Source: Octopus sinensis
Taxonomy: Eukaryota
Direction: 5' to 3'
Length of the DNA stretch: 56,085 bases
Assembly (NCBI RefSeq): GCF_006345805.1
Contig: NW_021833765.1
Location: forward strand, 1-56,085
The notes below the pieces were generated by a model. It made no database searches, had not been told where the DNA came from, and saw nothing but the letters and a program-made list of their open reading frames with translations. Of the stretch, positions 1-12,309 are shown piece by piece; within the stretch, counting starts at the first letter, position 1, and each line of letters opens with the position of its first letter. The position numbers and the translations under genes are program-made.

Positions 1-330
1 TGTGTGTATGCATGTATTTATATAAGCATGTGTATGTGTATATATGTGTCTGTGTGTGTATTTGTTGTGCCTTTGTTAGGGCATCCTTCTAGGAGAAGGT
101 AACTCAGGTAACTGGGATAAGTCCGACATAAAACCTGCGGCTCAGTGGTTACCGATGATGTTCACTTGTTCTTCTTTTCGGATTATGGCTGCTGTCGCTT
201 AGTGAGTGGGATTGACTCAGTGATCAGCCTTTCCTTACTTTAAAAAACTTCTTGCACAGGCATTGCACGATAACAACATTGATTAAGCTTTTGCGCAATG
301 GCCATACTCGATAACGAGGGGGCAGCCACC

Positions 331-664
331 ATGTATGTATGTGCGTATGCCCGTGGGTATGTATGAATGTTTGTATATACATGCACACATGCATAGATAC
401 ACGCATACATTTATACATACGTACACATACATATGTACGTATACAAATACACACATACGCACATGTATATATGTATGTATGTGTGTATGTATGCACGTAT
501 GTATGTATGCATGTGTGTGTATATATATGTATGTATACATGAATGAAGGTGTGAATGTGTGTGAATGTGTATATATGTGTGCATGAATTTGTGCATGTAT
601 GGAGGTATGCTTGCATGTATGTATGCATTCATCTATGTCTGTATGAATCTATGACTGTATCTAT

Positions 665-696
<32 letters not shown>

Positions 697-870
697 GCAT
701 GTATGTATCTACGTATGTGTACGTGTATCTGTTTAAGTGTGCATTCTTGTATGTATGAATGTATATGGGTATGTGTATTTGAATAAATGTATGTACGTAT
801 GTATGTATGTATGTATGTATGTATGTATGTATGTATGTATCTGTTTGTGTGTATGTATGTATGTGAGTAT
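331..870. repeat. Degenerate (ATGT)n/(AC)n/(AT)n microsatellite field
   Basis: Visible tetra- and dinucleotide repeats, with internal switches between ATGT and ACAT orientation. Confidence 0.9.
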
Positions 871-871
871 C

Positions 872-937
872 TGTACAAAGCTGTAAGAAGCAATTCTGAA
901 TGCCCAAAATACTGACTGTGCGATTTTATTGCTTTTT
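872..937 (+). mobile_element. Short 3' fragment of the Tc1-like element found at 5930-6565
   Basis: caaagctgta...ccaaaatactgact.tg.gattttattgcttttt aligns with 6501-6564. Confidence 0.6.
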
Positions 938-944
938 GTTGATC

Positions 945-2128
945 AGATATGCTTTGACAGTGGAGATGTGTGTGCAGTAGGTGTTCGACATAAACCCACC
1001 GGTCAGCAATATTCGAGCACTGGACTAGGGCGTGCAGAACAGTTTCACCTTTCTGGGCGCACCTCACGTGGGCCCGGCTGACGGCATTTCCGTGCCTATA
1101 AATTTTATCCCAAACAGTCAGCGCCCCTCGGTAGCACTGTCAGGCAAGGGATTTCTTGAAGTTATCCATAGGCTCAGGCCCGAAAGTGCTGCGAAACAGA
1201 TCGGTTAGTTGATCTTCATCGACACCCAAAGTTTCCCTGAGGACGTCGTGGCACTTTCCCTTCATTAGCACTCTTTAGAACTCTAGAATGGAAGTATTAC
1301 CGACCGTATTGCCCGCATGGTGGAGGACTGTGAGTGCTTGACGGCACTCAAGGTGCCAAGCGCCCTACTTCGGACTACGCCCAGTCCAGGATTGCCGCTC
1401 AGTCAAAAAGACGAGCTGTGGAAAAGTGCCTCTTACAAACGGTGATCACACCTGCTCACCGTCAAGGAAAGGCCGGAGATGACGCAACCTCAGCGCACGT
1501 CTGCGCATCAGTAACCAGGGCATGCCCACTGCTCCACTCAGCAGCTATTGACAACAGATAGAGCGCCTGACCAGTGGAATGCGCATCTGCCACAGAAAAC
1601 GGAAGAGTAAGCGCACAAGCTTGGTCAACCAGGAAACGGGACAAGGGACGACAGTGAAGCGGTAGGAGATGATGGGTGCCATGTACGCGTTCGTCACCTC
1701 CGCCCAATCTTTCAGGGACAGCTTCCTCTTGGTCTATTTCTGGGTGAGATTGGCTACCTTTCTCGTCACTTCGTCCCAGTTCTTCTCCACTTGGACGTCC
1801 GGACCAAACCAGACTCCGAGCAACTTGTTGGGACCGTCTGTCCAGCGCAGCATGACGCTGTTGGACCGCATGGCCTTGCCTCTCCATGTGCCGAGCTGCA
1901 AGTCCACTGACTTTTCCGGGTTCATTTTTGCTCCTGTTTTCGCTTCATATTCCTGTAGTATTTCGACTGTCAGGTCTATATGCCTGTGGCTCGACGCTAT
2001 GACGGTGACATCATCAGCGTAAGCAGATACTTTCTCTCAGATACTAGATCACGCGAGACACCCATCAACGCCCCCAGCTTCCGCAGTAAATGGTTCAATA
2101 GTCAGTACATACAGAAGGGAGGAGATAG

Positions 2129-2164
<36 letters not shown>

Positions 2165-2212
2165 CACCCTTGAGGGACGGAACGCACGATGCGGAATGGC
2201 TTAGACAGGTTT
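945..2212 (-). mobile_element. Tx1/L1-clade LINE ORF2 fragment (RT C-half plus zinc-knuckle region), decayed
   Basis: Minus-strand translation gives LSKPFRIVRSVPQGCS..SLLYVLTIEP, VSAYADDVTV (~2004-2033), KLLGVWFG..NWDEVTRKV and RCAQKGETVLHALVQC. Confidence 0.85.
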
Positions 2213-3040
2213 GTAATGTATGCATGCATGTATATATGTATGTGTGTATGTATATATATATATGCTCGCATATATATATATATATATACATGCGTGTATA
2301 TGTATGTGTGTTTCTACGCGTGTATGTACGTACGTATGCATGCATGTATGTGCGTGTACTGATGTATGTAGTTATGTAAGTATGTACGTGTGTATATGTA
2401 CATATTCCATGCGCGTATGTATATAGGTATAGTTGCATACTTGCATGTAGGTGCCTATGTATGTATGCACGCATGTATGCATCTATGTGCATATGTATGC
2501 GTGTATGTATGTAAGTATGCACGTATGTACATGTATATGTGTGTACGTATGTATGTATATATACATGATTGTGTTTATGCATGCATGTTTATATGTATGG
2601 TTTTATGTATGTGTCTATGTAGGTGCGTACGTATGTCTGTGTATATATTTATGTATTTATGCATCTGTGTATGTACTTATGTGTGTATATATGTATATGA
2701 GTGTGTATGAATGTATGTATGTGTGCAGCATGAATATGTGTACGTAAGTGTGTATGTATGTGTGTGTGTATGCATGTATGTATGTATGAATGTATGTAGG
2801 TATGAATGCAAGCTTATATGTATGTACGTATATATGTTCGTATACATGTGTGTACATATGTGTGTGTGTATGTGTATATGTACGCATGCATGTTTTTATT
2901 ATATGTATGTCTGTGTGTATGTATATGTGTATGTATGTGTGCATATATGTATGTGTACATATATGTATATATACATATTTATATGCGTATATGTACATGT
3001 ATTTTTGTTTGTATGAGTGTATGTATGTATATGTGTGTAT
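2213..3040. repeat. Degenerate (ATGT)n/(TG)n microsatellite field
   Basis: Direct inspection. Confidence 0.9.
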
Positions 3041-4810
3041 GTTAGTTAGTTAGTTAGTTAGTTAGTTAATTTGGCTCAAAAGCAAATAGCAAGGCCATGT
3101 AGGGGGACATGGAGTTATGTTCAGGGTGGTGTTCATGTAAAGAGTTCAGGCCACTTGAAGTCAAGGTAGGCTTTGAACAAAGCGGTCGTCGGCATCTTCA
3201 CCATCTCGTCTGGCAGCTTGTTCCACGGATCCGCAACCCGGACGGAGAAAGCTCTGTTCCTTCGATTGAGATGAAATCGTCGCAGGTAGAGCTTTTCGGA
3301 ATGACCCCGCAGCCGACGCTCTGGAGCAGGAGTGAAGAACTGCTCTTTCGAGAGGTTACACTTTCCGCTAATGATGTTGTGGGCGAGAATGAGATCCCCA
3401 CGGCGGCGGCGTTTTTCTAGAGAATAAAGGTCGAGCGTCTTCAGCCTTTCTTCATAGGACAAATTTTTGAGACCATCAATCATGTGGGTAGCCAGCTTCT
3501 GGACTCTTTCGAGATGCTGAATGTCTTTGAAGAGATAAGGAAAATGCTTGAATCCCGTACTCCAATATGGGTCTCACCAGCGGAACATAGAGTGGTAGGA
3601 ATATGGCTGCTGTGAGCATTCCGAATGACCGTCGAATCAAGAACAGAATTCCGCGTGCTTTGTTGGCAGCATGGACGCACTGGGCCGAAGGCGAAATGGA
3701 GGAATCCACCAAGATACCCAGGTCCTTTACCTGATCGGTCCTCTCCAGAAGCAGACGGCCCAGCTCGAAATCAAGTTCGGTTGCAGGAGGAGAGCCAACA
3801 GGCAGATGACAGCACTTTGACACGTTCAGACACAGGTCCCATTCGTTAGACCACCTCCAAATTTGGTGGAGGCATCGACGAAGATCCTCTATATCATCGC
3901 GAGGAGCGACCAATTTGACATCGTCGGCTAATAGAAGGGTGTGTTGCGTGAGGTCGTCGGGCAAGTCATTTATGAAGACTAAGAACAATAAGGGTCCAAG
4001 CACTGAACCTTCAGGCACGCCACTGCCCGCATTGGAGACGTCGGACCGCGAACCATTAACTTCGACTTGGAAGGAGCGATCTGAGAGGAAGGCACCAACC
4101 CATCGTACAATATCCGGATGGAAACTATATGCTTGAAGCTTGACAAGTAATAGGCGGTGGTTAACCGAGTCAAAAGCTTTGGCAAAGTTCAATAAAACGA
4201 TGTCAACAGCATCACTATCATCGAGCATGCGCGTCACCAATTCTTCCATTACCAGTAAGTTGGTCAAGCATGATCTCTTCGGCACGAAGCCGTGTTGGGA
4301 ATCAGAGATAGAGGCTGTGTTTTGGAGGTGGAGCATCATACTTTTCTTAAGGATGGTTTCGAACATCTTGCTGATTATTGATGTAAGGGAAACCGGTCGG
4401 TAGTTAAGCGGGCCTTCGCGGCTCCCTTTCTTCGAATTGGGCAGATTATCGCTGTTCTCCAGTCCGCAGGTATAACACCCGTCGCCAATGACATATTGAA
4501 TAGACGTGTTAAGGGCTCGCAGATGACCGGAGCCAACGCTTTGATAACCTGTGTGTTTTATGCCGTCAGGGCCTTGACCCTTGTTGACATCGAGGCCTTG
4601 AATAACACGTTTGACTTCGTCCTGCGTGATGACAAATCGGAGCATTGGAGGTACCGATCTATCAGATGGAGGGGGTTCACGACCATCATCTTGTTTGGAA
4701 ATAGTTGAAAAAGCCTCGGCAAAGAATTGACACTGTTGATAAGGGTCCTCAATCGATATGCCTTTTGAGTATTGATTTTGGTAGACCATTGCTTTTGAGA
4801 GAAACAGCAA
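3041..4810 (-). mobile_element. CR1-clade LINE, 5'-truncated: RT, C-terminus, 3' UTR and (TAAC)n tail
   Basis: ORF 3476-4810 has GPDGI, NYRPVSLTS, QHGFVPKRSCLTNLL, FAKAFDSV, GVPEGSVLGPLLF and LADDVKL. ORF 3133-3483 has LSYEERLKTLDLYSLEKRRRRGDLI..PWNKLP. (GTTA)n lies at 3041-3068. Confidence 0.92.
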
Positions 4811-5377
4811 CTATGTTGTGGATAAGGGATGTGATCCACTGAGGACCAGCTTCATTTTGATGTATGATACATGTTCATGGACGGCCGTCATCTCTCTCTG
4901 TCTGTCTTTATGTATGTTTGTATTCATGTTTCCTTTGAGTGCTACTGGGAACATGTAACCCAGTACATCCTGCTTCATGATCGGGTCGTCGGCGACTAAA
5001 CCGGCAACCCAACCAGGCTTGCTTGGTGATGAGAGTGTTGTTGGACACTCTGCTGGATCCAAAATAAGACTCGTGAAACGGCGCATGTAGTCCTGAACTG
5101 TCAATTTCTTTATTAACCATATAAGGTAAAGAAAATGGGGTGATGATGCAAGGAGAGACAAAACAAATATTGGGGTGAAGGGATCGAATGATCACCTGAC
5201 GAACCTACAAACTGCAGAATTTATCTGCAGGTCTTGGTTGCCCAAATTGGAGGATCAATCTATGTGGGTGTCTTTTCAGAATATTCTTTCTTTTGAAAAG
5301 CCACATCAGGCACAATAATGGTGCTAAGGTGTCGGTAAGTAGTGGTTCAAAATTTGTATAAGGAGTAGGCAACCACC

Positions 5378-5930
5378 ATGTATGTATGTATGTATGTATG
5401 TATGTATGTATGTATGTATGTATGTATGTATGTATATATGAATGTATGTATGTAAATATGTTTGTATGTATGTATTTATTTATTTATGCATGTATGCATA
5501 ATTGAATGTATATATGAATGTATGTATGTATGAATGTATTTATGGATGTAAGAATGTGTGCACGTATGAATCTATGTACCTACAGACATACATAAGTGCA
5601 TACGTACATATACATGTACATAAAACATACATACGCACATACATATACATATATATAGACATATATATATATGTACACAGATATCTATATACGTACACGC
5701 AGATATATATATACGCATACATGCATACATAAGTACATTCACACGTACATACATACACACATGTATGTATGTTTGTATGTATGTAATGTGTGTGTGTATG
5801 TTTGTATGTATGTATGTGAGTATGTCTGTATCTATCTATATATGTTTTTATATATGTAAGTATGTATATATGTATGTATATATGTATGTATGTATGAGTG
5901 CCTATGCATATATGTGTGTTTGTGTGTTTT
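5378..5930. repeat. (ATGT)n-seeded degenerate microsatellite field
   Basis: Pure (ATGT)n at the start, decaying downstream. Confidence 0.9.
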
Positions 5931-6565
5931 TGAAAAATCGATTTGCGAGTTAAAGAACATTTGAAATGGAGTCCAGCAGATTGGACGAATGTGTTGTGGT
6001 CGGACGAATCAAAGTCCATCTTGTTCGGTAGTGATGGCAGGAAGTATGTAAGAAGGCGTATAGGCGAAGAATTCCATGCAAAATGCGTTCAACCTTCAAT
6101 TAGGCACTCTGGAGGAAGTGTGATGATGTAAGGGTGTATGTCTGGAAAAGACGTCAGTTCTATAATCCGAATGGATAGTAAGTCCTATCTAGAAATATTG
6201 AATAATACTATGCTTCCATACGCCCGAAAGCATTTGGACTTTCCAGCATGACAACCACCCGAATGTCACCTCGTACCTAGTCAGAAATTACATTATACCT
6301 AAGAGATTTCGGTTGATATAGTGACTAACGCCGTCGCCCGAGCTGAAACCCATCGAAAATCCTTGAGAATGGTTGGGTAGAGCTGTGAAAAGTATTAAGA
6401 CAAAGAATAAGGGGAATTATTTTAAAAACATTTTTAGCCGAAAGTGGGAAAAATCTGCGCAACAGTGATAAATGTTCTGAACATTTGTATGTTTCGCAGA
6501 TGCAAAGCTGTATTAAGTAATTTTGGGTTCCCAAAATACTGACTCTGTGATTTTATTGCTTTTTA
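5930..6565 (+). mobile_element. Tc1-family (DD34E-type) transposase remnant
   Basis: WTNVLWSDESK..GRKYVRRRIGE..GGSVMM, FQHDNHP and PELKPIENP (SPDLNPIENLW-like), with stops and frameshifts. Confidence 0.88.
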
Positions 6566-7039
6566 GGGATTTCAGAATGAAGTTTAAGAGCAAAAGAACA
6601 ACAACAAAATATGAAATGTTACCTGTTGTCCTTAAGTTAAATGGTACTCTAAATTATGATAATTAAGATTTCTTTTTAATCTAAAATTAACATATTGATG
6701 TTACGCTGTAAAGCTGTATACCCCATTAAAGCTCGTAAGAGTTTCTTTATTTAGATATACAAATTAATTCACAAGTTACAAGTTGAATATATATATATAT
6801 ATAAATGAAATTTGAACATTAGTAACTTAGGGTTCTTAAGTTCGATGACGCCACTGCAATTGTTTGGAAAATGTGGATTTAGTGTCAAAAAGGAAAGAAG
6901 GATGTAAAAAGAGAACAAAGGGACACTGTTCTTCAGCTGTATATAGATGGGAGATTACTAAACAAGAACTGAGCAACGAAGAACACTTTAGTTGTGGAGT
7001 GGTTTAAGTAGCGGAAGGCGTAGATATTCTCAAACACAT

Positions 7040-8365
7040 TTGTGCATGTATGTATGTCCTTATGTGTGTATATATGTATATGCGTGAGTATGAATGTATG
7101 TATGTGTGCAGCATGAATATGTGTACGTAAATGTGTATTTATGTGTGTATGACTTGTATGTGTATGTATGTAAGTGTGTGTATGTGTATTTAAGTAAGTG
7201 TGTATGTGTGTATTTTTGAATGTTCTTATATATATGTGTCTGTATGTATCTGCGTAATTATGCATGTGTGTATGTGTATATATGTACCTATTTATTTGTA
7301 TGTGTATGTAAGTATATGTGTATGTATATATGTGTACATGCGTGTTTGTGTGTGTGCATGTATGCTATGTGTGTAAGTTCACAAGTTTGTCTGTCTGCAT
7401 ACATGTGTACGCATAAATACACACATACACACATACATATATACACACATACACATGTATATATACATACTTAAATATATTCATACATACATACTGAAAT
7501 ATCTACAAAGATACAAAAACGCATACATACATCCACACACATATATATACGAATGTGGATATGTATGTATATATTTTTTTATATATGAATGTATGCGCGT
7601 ATGTTTGTGTGTATGTGCGTGTGTATGTGTGTTTGTACGTATGTGATTAAGTTTGGAAGTATGTGTGTATGTATGTGTGTATGTATATATTTACGTATGT
7701 GCATTTGTATGTCTGTATGAATGTATGTGTGTGTATGTGCGAATGTGGATGTATGTAAGTATGTGTGTAATTTTGTATGTGTGTGTGTATATTATTATTC
7801 ATGTGTGTATGAATGTATGCGTGTAAGTGTGAATGTATATGTGCATGTGTGTAAGTATGTGTGTATGTATGTGACTATATATGTGTGTATATATGCAAGT
7901 ATGTTGGTATAGATGTAAGTGCTTATATATGTATGTGAGTATGTACGGATGTGTATATGTCGGCGGGCATATGTGTATATATGTATGTGTGTATTTATGT
8001 GTGCATATATATATGTATGTATGTGTGTATGTATGTAATTATATATGCATGTATATGTGTATATATGTGTCTATGTGTGTTTATGTATATATGTTTGTGT
8101 GCAGAGGGGTATGTATGTAGGTAGGTGTGTATAATGTTTGTGTTTGTCTATGTGTGTTAAACTCATACATACACATATACATACCTATATACAATCATAC
8201 GCAGATACACATATACATTCATACATTCATTCATGCACACATACACACATACATAGATATCCATACATAGATGTATGTATGTGCTTCTTTTGTATGCATG
8301 TTTGTGCGTATGAGTGTATATGTATATTAGTGTATGTATGCATGTTATATGTATATGTATATACC
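7040..8365. repeat. Degenerate (TG)n/(ATGT)n microsatellite field
   Basis: Direct inspection. Confidence 0.9.
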
Positions 8366-8367
8366 AA

Positions 8368-8570
8368 CTAGCAGAATTGCCCGGCGATGCTCGGGACTGA
8401 ATTGCTTGTAAGTACTGTTAATGATTGCACTGAATTATGATGATTATTCAGGCAAATGTTGATATAAGTTTACGGTGGGAGATAAGGACTTAACGATCAA
8501 ACGTGTGCCATTGCATTGATTTGGGGGAACCAAATTTCTAATGAGCATTATAGGGGCACCAACTTAAAGT
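8368..8570 (-). mobile_element. Non-autonomous Helitron 3' end, truncated where the LINE begins
   Basis: Minus strand reads CCCGAGCATCGCCGGGC hairpin then AATTCTG-CTAG|T, nearly the same terminus as the complete copy at 39881-39909. Confidence 0.7.
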
Positions 8571-10487
8571 TTGAACAGTGACGATGAATTTCTAAACGCT
8601 AGTGATTTAAATATTTCATGTGGCATTTTCCAGGGTGACTCACGATCACCACTCCTCTTTTGTTTAGCCTTAATACCTCCCTCAAAATTGCTCAATGATG
8701 CACAGTGCGGATATAATAAAATGTAGGATAAAAATATAAATCATCTCATTTACATGGATGATTTAAAGCTCTTTGCAAAAAATGACCAACAACTCAAGGG
8801 CTTACTAACAATTGTTAAACAATCCAGCGATGATATCAGAATGCAATTTGGCCTCGAGAAATGTGCAAAAGCTAAGGAAAAGTGACAGAAACATCTAACG
8901 TTACCTCGACCAGCAGAATGTCATAAAAGAACTAGACCCAGCGGAGAGCTACAAGTACCTAGGGGTAATTGAAGTGGATGGAATAAGGCATTCAGAGATG
9001 AAGGAAAGGATCAGGAGAAAATGTTATCGAAGAGTGAGAGCAATACTCAAGACAGAGCTGAATGCAAGAAGCAGGATCGATGCGATCAATGCTTTAGCTA
9101 TACCAGTCGTGACTAACAGTTTCAATATCGTTAACTGGTCAATTACTGAAATATGTAATCTTGACAGAAAAATACGAAAACTGTTGACAATGCATAGAAT
9201 GCACCACCCGAAGGCAGATATAGATCGACTTTATCTACCAAGACAAGAGGGAAGCGTGGGCCTCTACAACTGGCAATAACAATGAAGGTTGCTACAATTG
9301 GCCTAGACACCTACCTGAAAAATTCTGAGGACTAGATGTTAAAATTTGTCTCAAAAAATGAAAACAAGAAAGCATCAAACTCAGTCACAAAACAGGCAAA
9401 GGAATATCTAAGTGAATTCCGAATACAAGAAATTTCGGAATTAGAGATAGACATACAAGAAACAAGCACAGAAAAAGCTAAGCGCATGAAAACCCGTACT
9501 AAATCTGCGGCCTTAGATATTCTGAATGATAAATGGCAAGAAAAACCTCTCTATGGCAAATACCCAAAGAGAGTGAATAATGCAGATGTTGACAATGCCC
9601 TGAGCCACCAATGGCTAATGGCCTCTGGCTTAAAATCTGAAACAGAGGGGTTTATCATAGCAGCTCAAGATCAATGCCTACCTACAAGAAACTACCAGGC
9701 CAACATATTAAAGAACGGCAGTAGCCCAACTTGTCATGTATGTCAACAACAAAACGAAACCGTTGATCATGTTGTCTCCAAGTACAGTCTTCTTGCACCT
9801 ACCGAGTATCTCAACAGGCATGATAGAGCTGCACAATATATTCACTGGGTAACTTGCAGAAGCCTGGACTTGGCCCATGATAAAAACTGGTGGGAACATA
9901 AACCACATGCAGTGCTTGAAAATGACCACATCTCACTCCTCCGGAACTTCACCATTCAAACTGACAGAAAGATAGATGCGAATAGGCCAGACATCATATT
10001 GAAAGACTTCAGACAAAGAACATGCCTCCTCATTGATATGACTCTCCCAATCGATATAAACGTATCTGTCAAGACCTACCAAAAAGTGAGCAAATATAAA
10101 GATCTTGAAATAGAAATCAGCAAAATGTGGAACCTGAAGACTAAATCAATACCTATTGTCATGGTGCCCTGGGAATGATAGCGAAAAGGACTGATTGCTA
10201 CCTAACTCAGATACCAGGAAAGCCCAAAATGGCAGAAATTCAAAAGATAGTGCTCATGGGAACTGCTCATATCCTACGCAAAATACTTTCTATGTAATCC
10301 CAAGGTTTAAAACAAACATAATTTTTTGTTTTTTTTTCTTTAGACATTCATTTGTACAACACCAAAAAACATATATGGTACACTAGGCATAACAACAACA
10401 TGAACTTCCAACCTGTTGTCTCTTGAGGTCTCTGGGTGAGACTTGGAGGTAACTTGTACAGACATAAAGCAAAAGTCAAAGATAGAA
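8571..10487 (+). mobile_element. R4/Dong-type non-LTR retrotransposon (RT plus restriction-like endonuclease), 5'-truncated, with (AAT)n tail
   Basis: GIFQGDS, HLIYMDDLKLF, YKYLG, CHVC..ETVDHVVS, RHD..YIHW, RPDIILKD and KYKDLEIEISKMW; the 3' UTR runs into (AAT)n. Confidence 0.9.
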
Positions 10488-10693
10488 TAATAATAATGAT
10501 AATAATAATAATAACAAGAACAGCAGCAGCAGCAACAACAACAACAACAAAAACAACAAACACAACAACAACAATAATAATAATAACAATAATAATAATA
10601 ATTAATAATAATAATAATGCTAACAACAACAACAATAACAATAACAATAACAATAAACAACAACAACAACAACAACAACAATGATAATAACAA
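10488..10693. repeat. Mixed (AAT)n/(AAC)n/(CAG)n trinucleotide array
   Basis: Direct inspection. Confidence 0.9.
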
Positions 10694-11232
10694 CAGTACC
10701 AGGCAGTGGCTCTCATGGCCTCTGATCTTAAATGATTGGAAGTGTTATCATGTAAATTGTTTTGTCTTGGTATAAAAGAGGGGCTACAGCAAATATTCTG
10801 CTCAATATTTGCTTGATAGTTGTTTGACCTTAAACCAGTTGAGCAGGTCCCTTAGTGGTTGACGATATGTGCATCTCTGATCACGAGCAGAAGTAGTGAG
10901 GAGGATCAAAGCCATCTGTTCAGAGGGATTCTTTGGGGCTGGAAATAGTTCACCTCTGGAAACTGTGGTGTTTCTTTCAACATCCTTAAACAACCCTTAT
11001 TCAGGGACCTTTTGAGTAGGATGGGTTACTCGACCTGAAGAAAATTCTAACTGGGCTCCACCTGCAAGGTCATGTGCTGTTTATCTTGATATGAGATCAC
11101 CATGTCACGCACATATGGTTGTGATGCATGTGCCTGGTGTACCCTTATCAGATGGGTAGTCCGGATGGGTATATTGGGCTTCGTATATTTTACCCCAGTG
11201 TCACTTTGATGGCATGCACTGCTCTCTCACTC
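10694..11232 (+). mobile_element. ~540-bp non-coding interspersed element embedded in trinucleotide arrays, ending in an (AAT)n tail
   Basis: Complex sequence bounded on both sides by AAT-type repeats; no recognisable coding motif. Confidence 0.5.
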
Positions 11233-11272
11233 AATAATAATAATAATAATAATGATAATAATAATGATAATA

Positions 11273-11341
<69 letters not shown>

Positions 11342-11356
11342 ATAGGCTGTTACACG

Positions 11357-11392
<36 letters not shown>
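11233..11392. repeat. (AAT)n-(GAT)21, 21-nt spacer, (CAT)11
   Basis: GAT run at 11275-11337 and CAT run at 11359-11392. Confidence 0.9.
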
Positions 11393-11499
11393 TGGAGTTA
11401 AAAATCGGCCCAAAAATGAAAGTAAAGTACAGGAAACCGAAAGATTTCTCTTCACATATACAGAATACAAACGGTGATCCCCACCCCCCCCAACACGGA

Positions 11500-12021
11500 A
11501 CCCATAAAATTGTATTAAACCATACAAAGGTCCAGCAAATTTCGCGATAGATCGAGATGAACAGTAGTTCAAGCAAGACGGGGCCACCCACCTCCTCCCG
11601 CTTCAAATGGCTCCCAAGCCCGGCTGAGTGAGCGATTTCAGGGGAGACTGATCAGCAGGAAGTGTGACGTTGAGTGGGCACCGCATTCAGCGGACTTGAA
11701 TCCCCCAGAACTTTTATTTGTGGGCCTATCTCAAGTATGATGTTTATCAGAACAACCTTCAAACGATTGATGAACTGAAGGCAGCAATCACAGCAGAAAT
11801 CAGGGAAATCCCCAAAGAGGAATGTGTCCGAGTATTTAAAAAATTTTGCACGATGTGTGCAGTGTGTCATTTGGAGCATATTTTGAAAAGAACATGACTT
11901 TTATGCAAAGGGAAGAATCGAACACAGACCGAAGTTAAAGTCCAGTAAATTTCAAAAAATTTGCTGGCTCTTTGCAGTATATAATAAATTTTTTTACGGG
12001 TTCTGTTTTTTGGAGCCATCC

Positions 12022-12022
<1 letters not shown>
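11500..12022 (+). mobile_element. maT/Tc3-like (Tc1/mariner superfamily) transposase 3' remnant with right terminus
   Basis: FKQDGAT, EWAPHSADLNPP..LWAYLKYDVY..TIDELKAAI; ends ...ggagccatcca before (TA)n. Confidence 0.75.
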
Positions 12023-12060
<38 letters not shown>

Positions 12061-12132
12061 ATATATAAATGAATATAATATATATATATATAATATATAT
12101 ATATATATAATATATATATATAATATATATAC

Positions 12133-12171
<39 letters not shown>

Positions 12172-12265
12172 AATACATACATATACACACACACACGTAT
12201 CTCTCTCTCTCTTCTATATATATATATATATACATACATTCATACACCACACACACAGATATATA

Positions 12266-12305
<40 letters not shown>
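12023..12305. repeat. (TA)n microsatellite
   Basis: Direct inspection. Confidence 0.9.

Positions 12306-12309
<4 letters not shown>

Noticed and set aside
4814-5165. Possible solo LTR (TGTTGT start, AATAAA on the minus strand) at the CR1 5' end
   Set aside because: No convincing second terminus, target duplication or partner copy in the window
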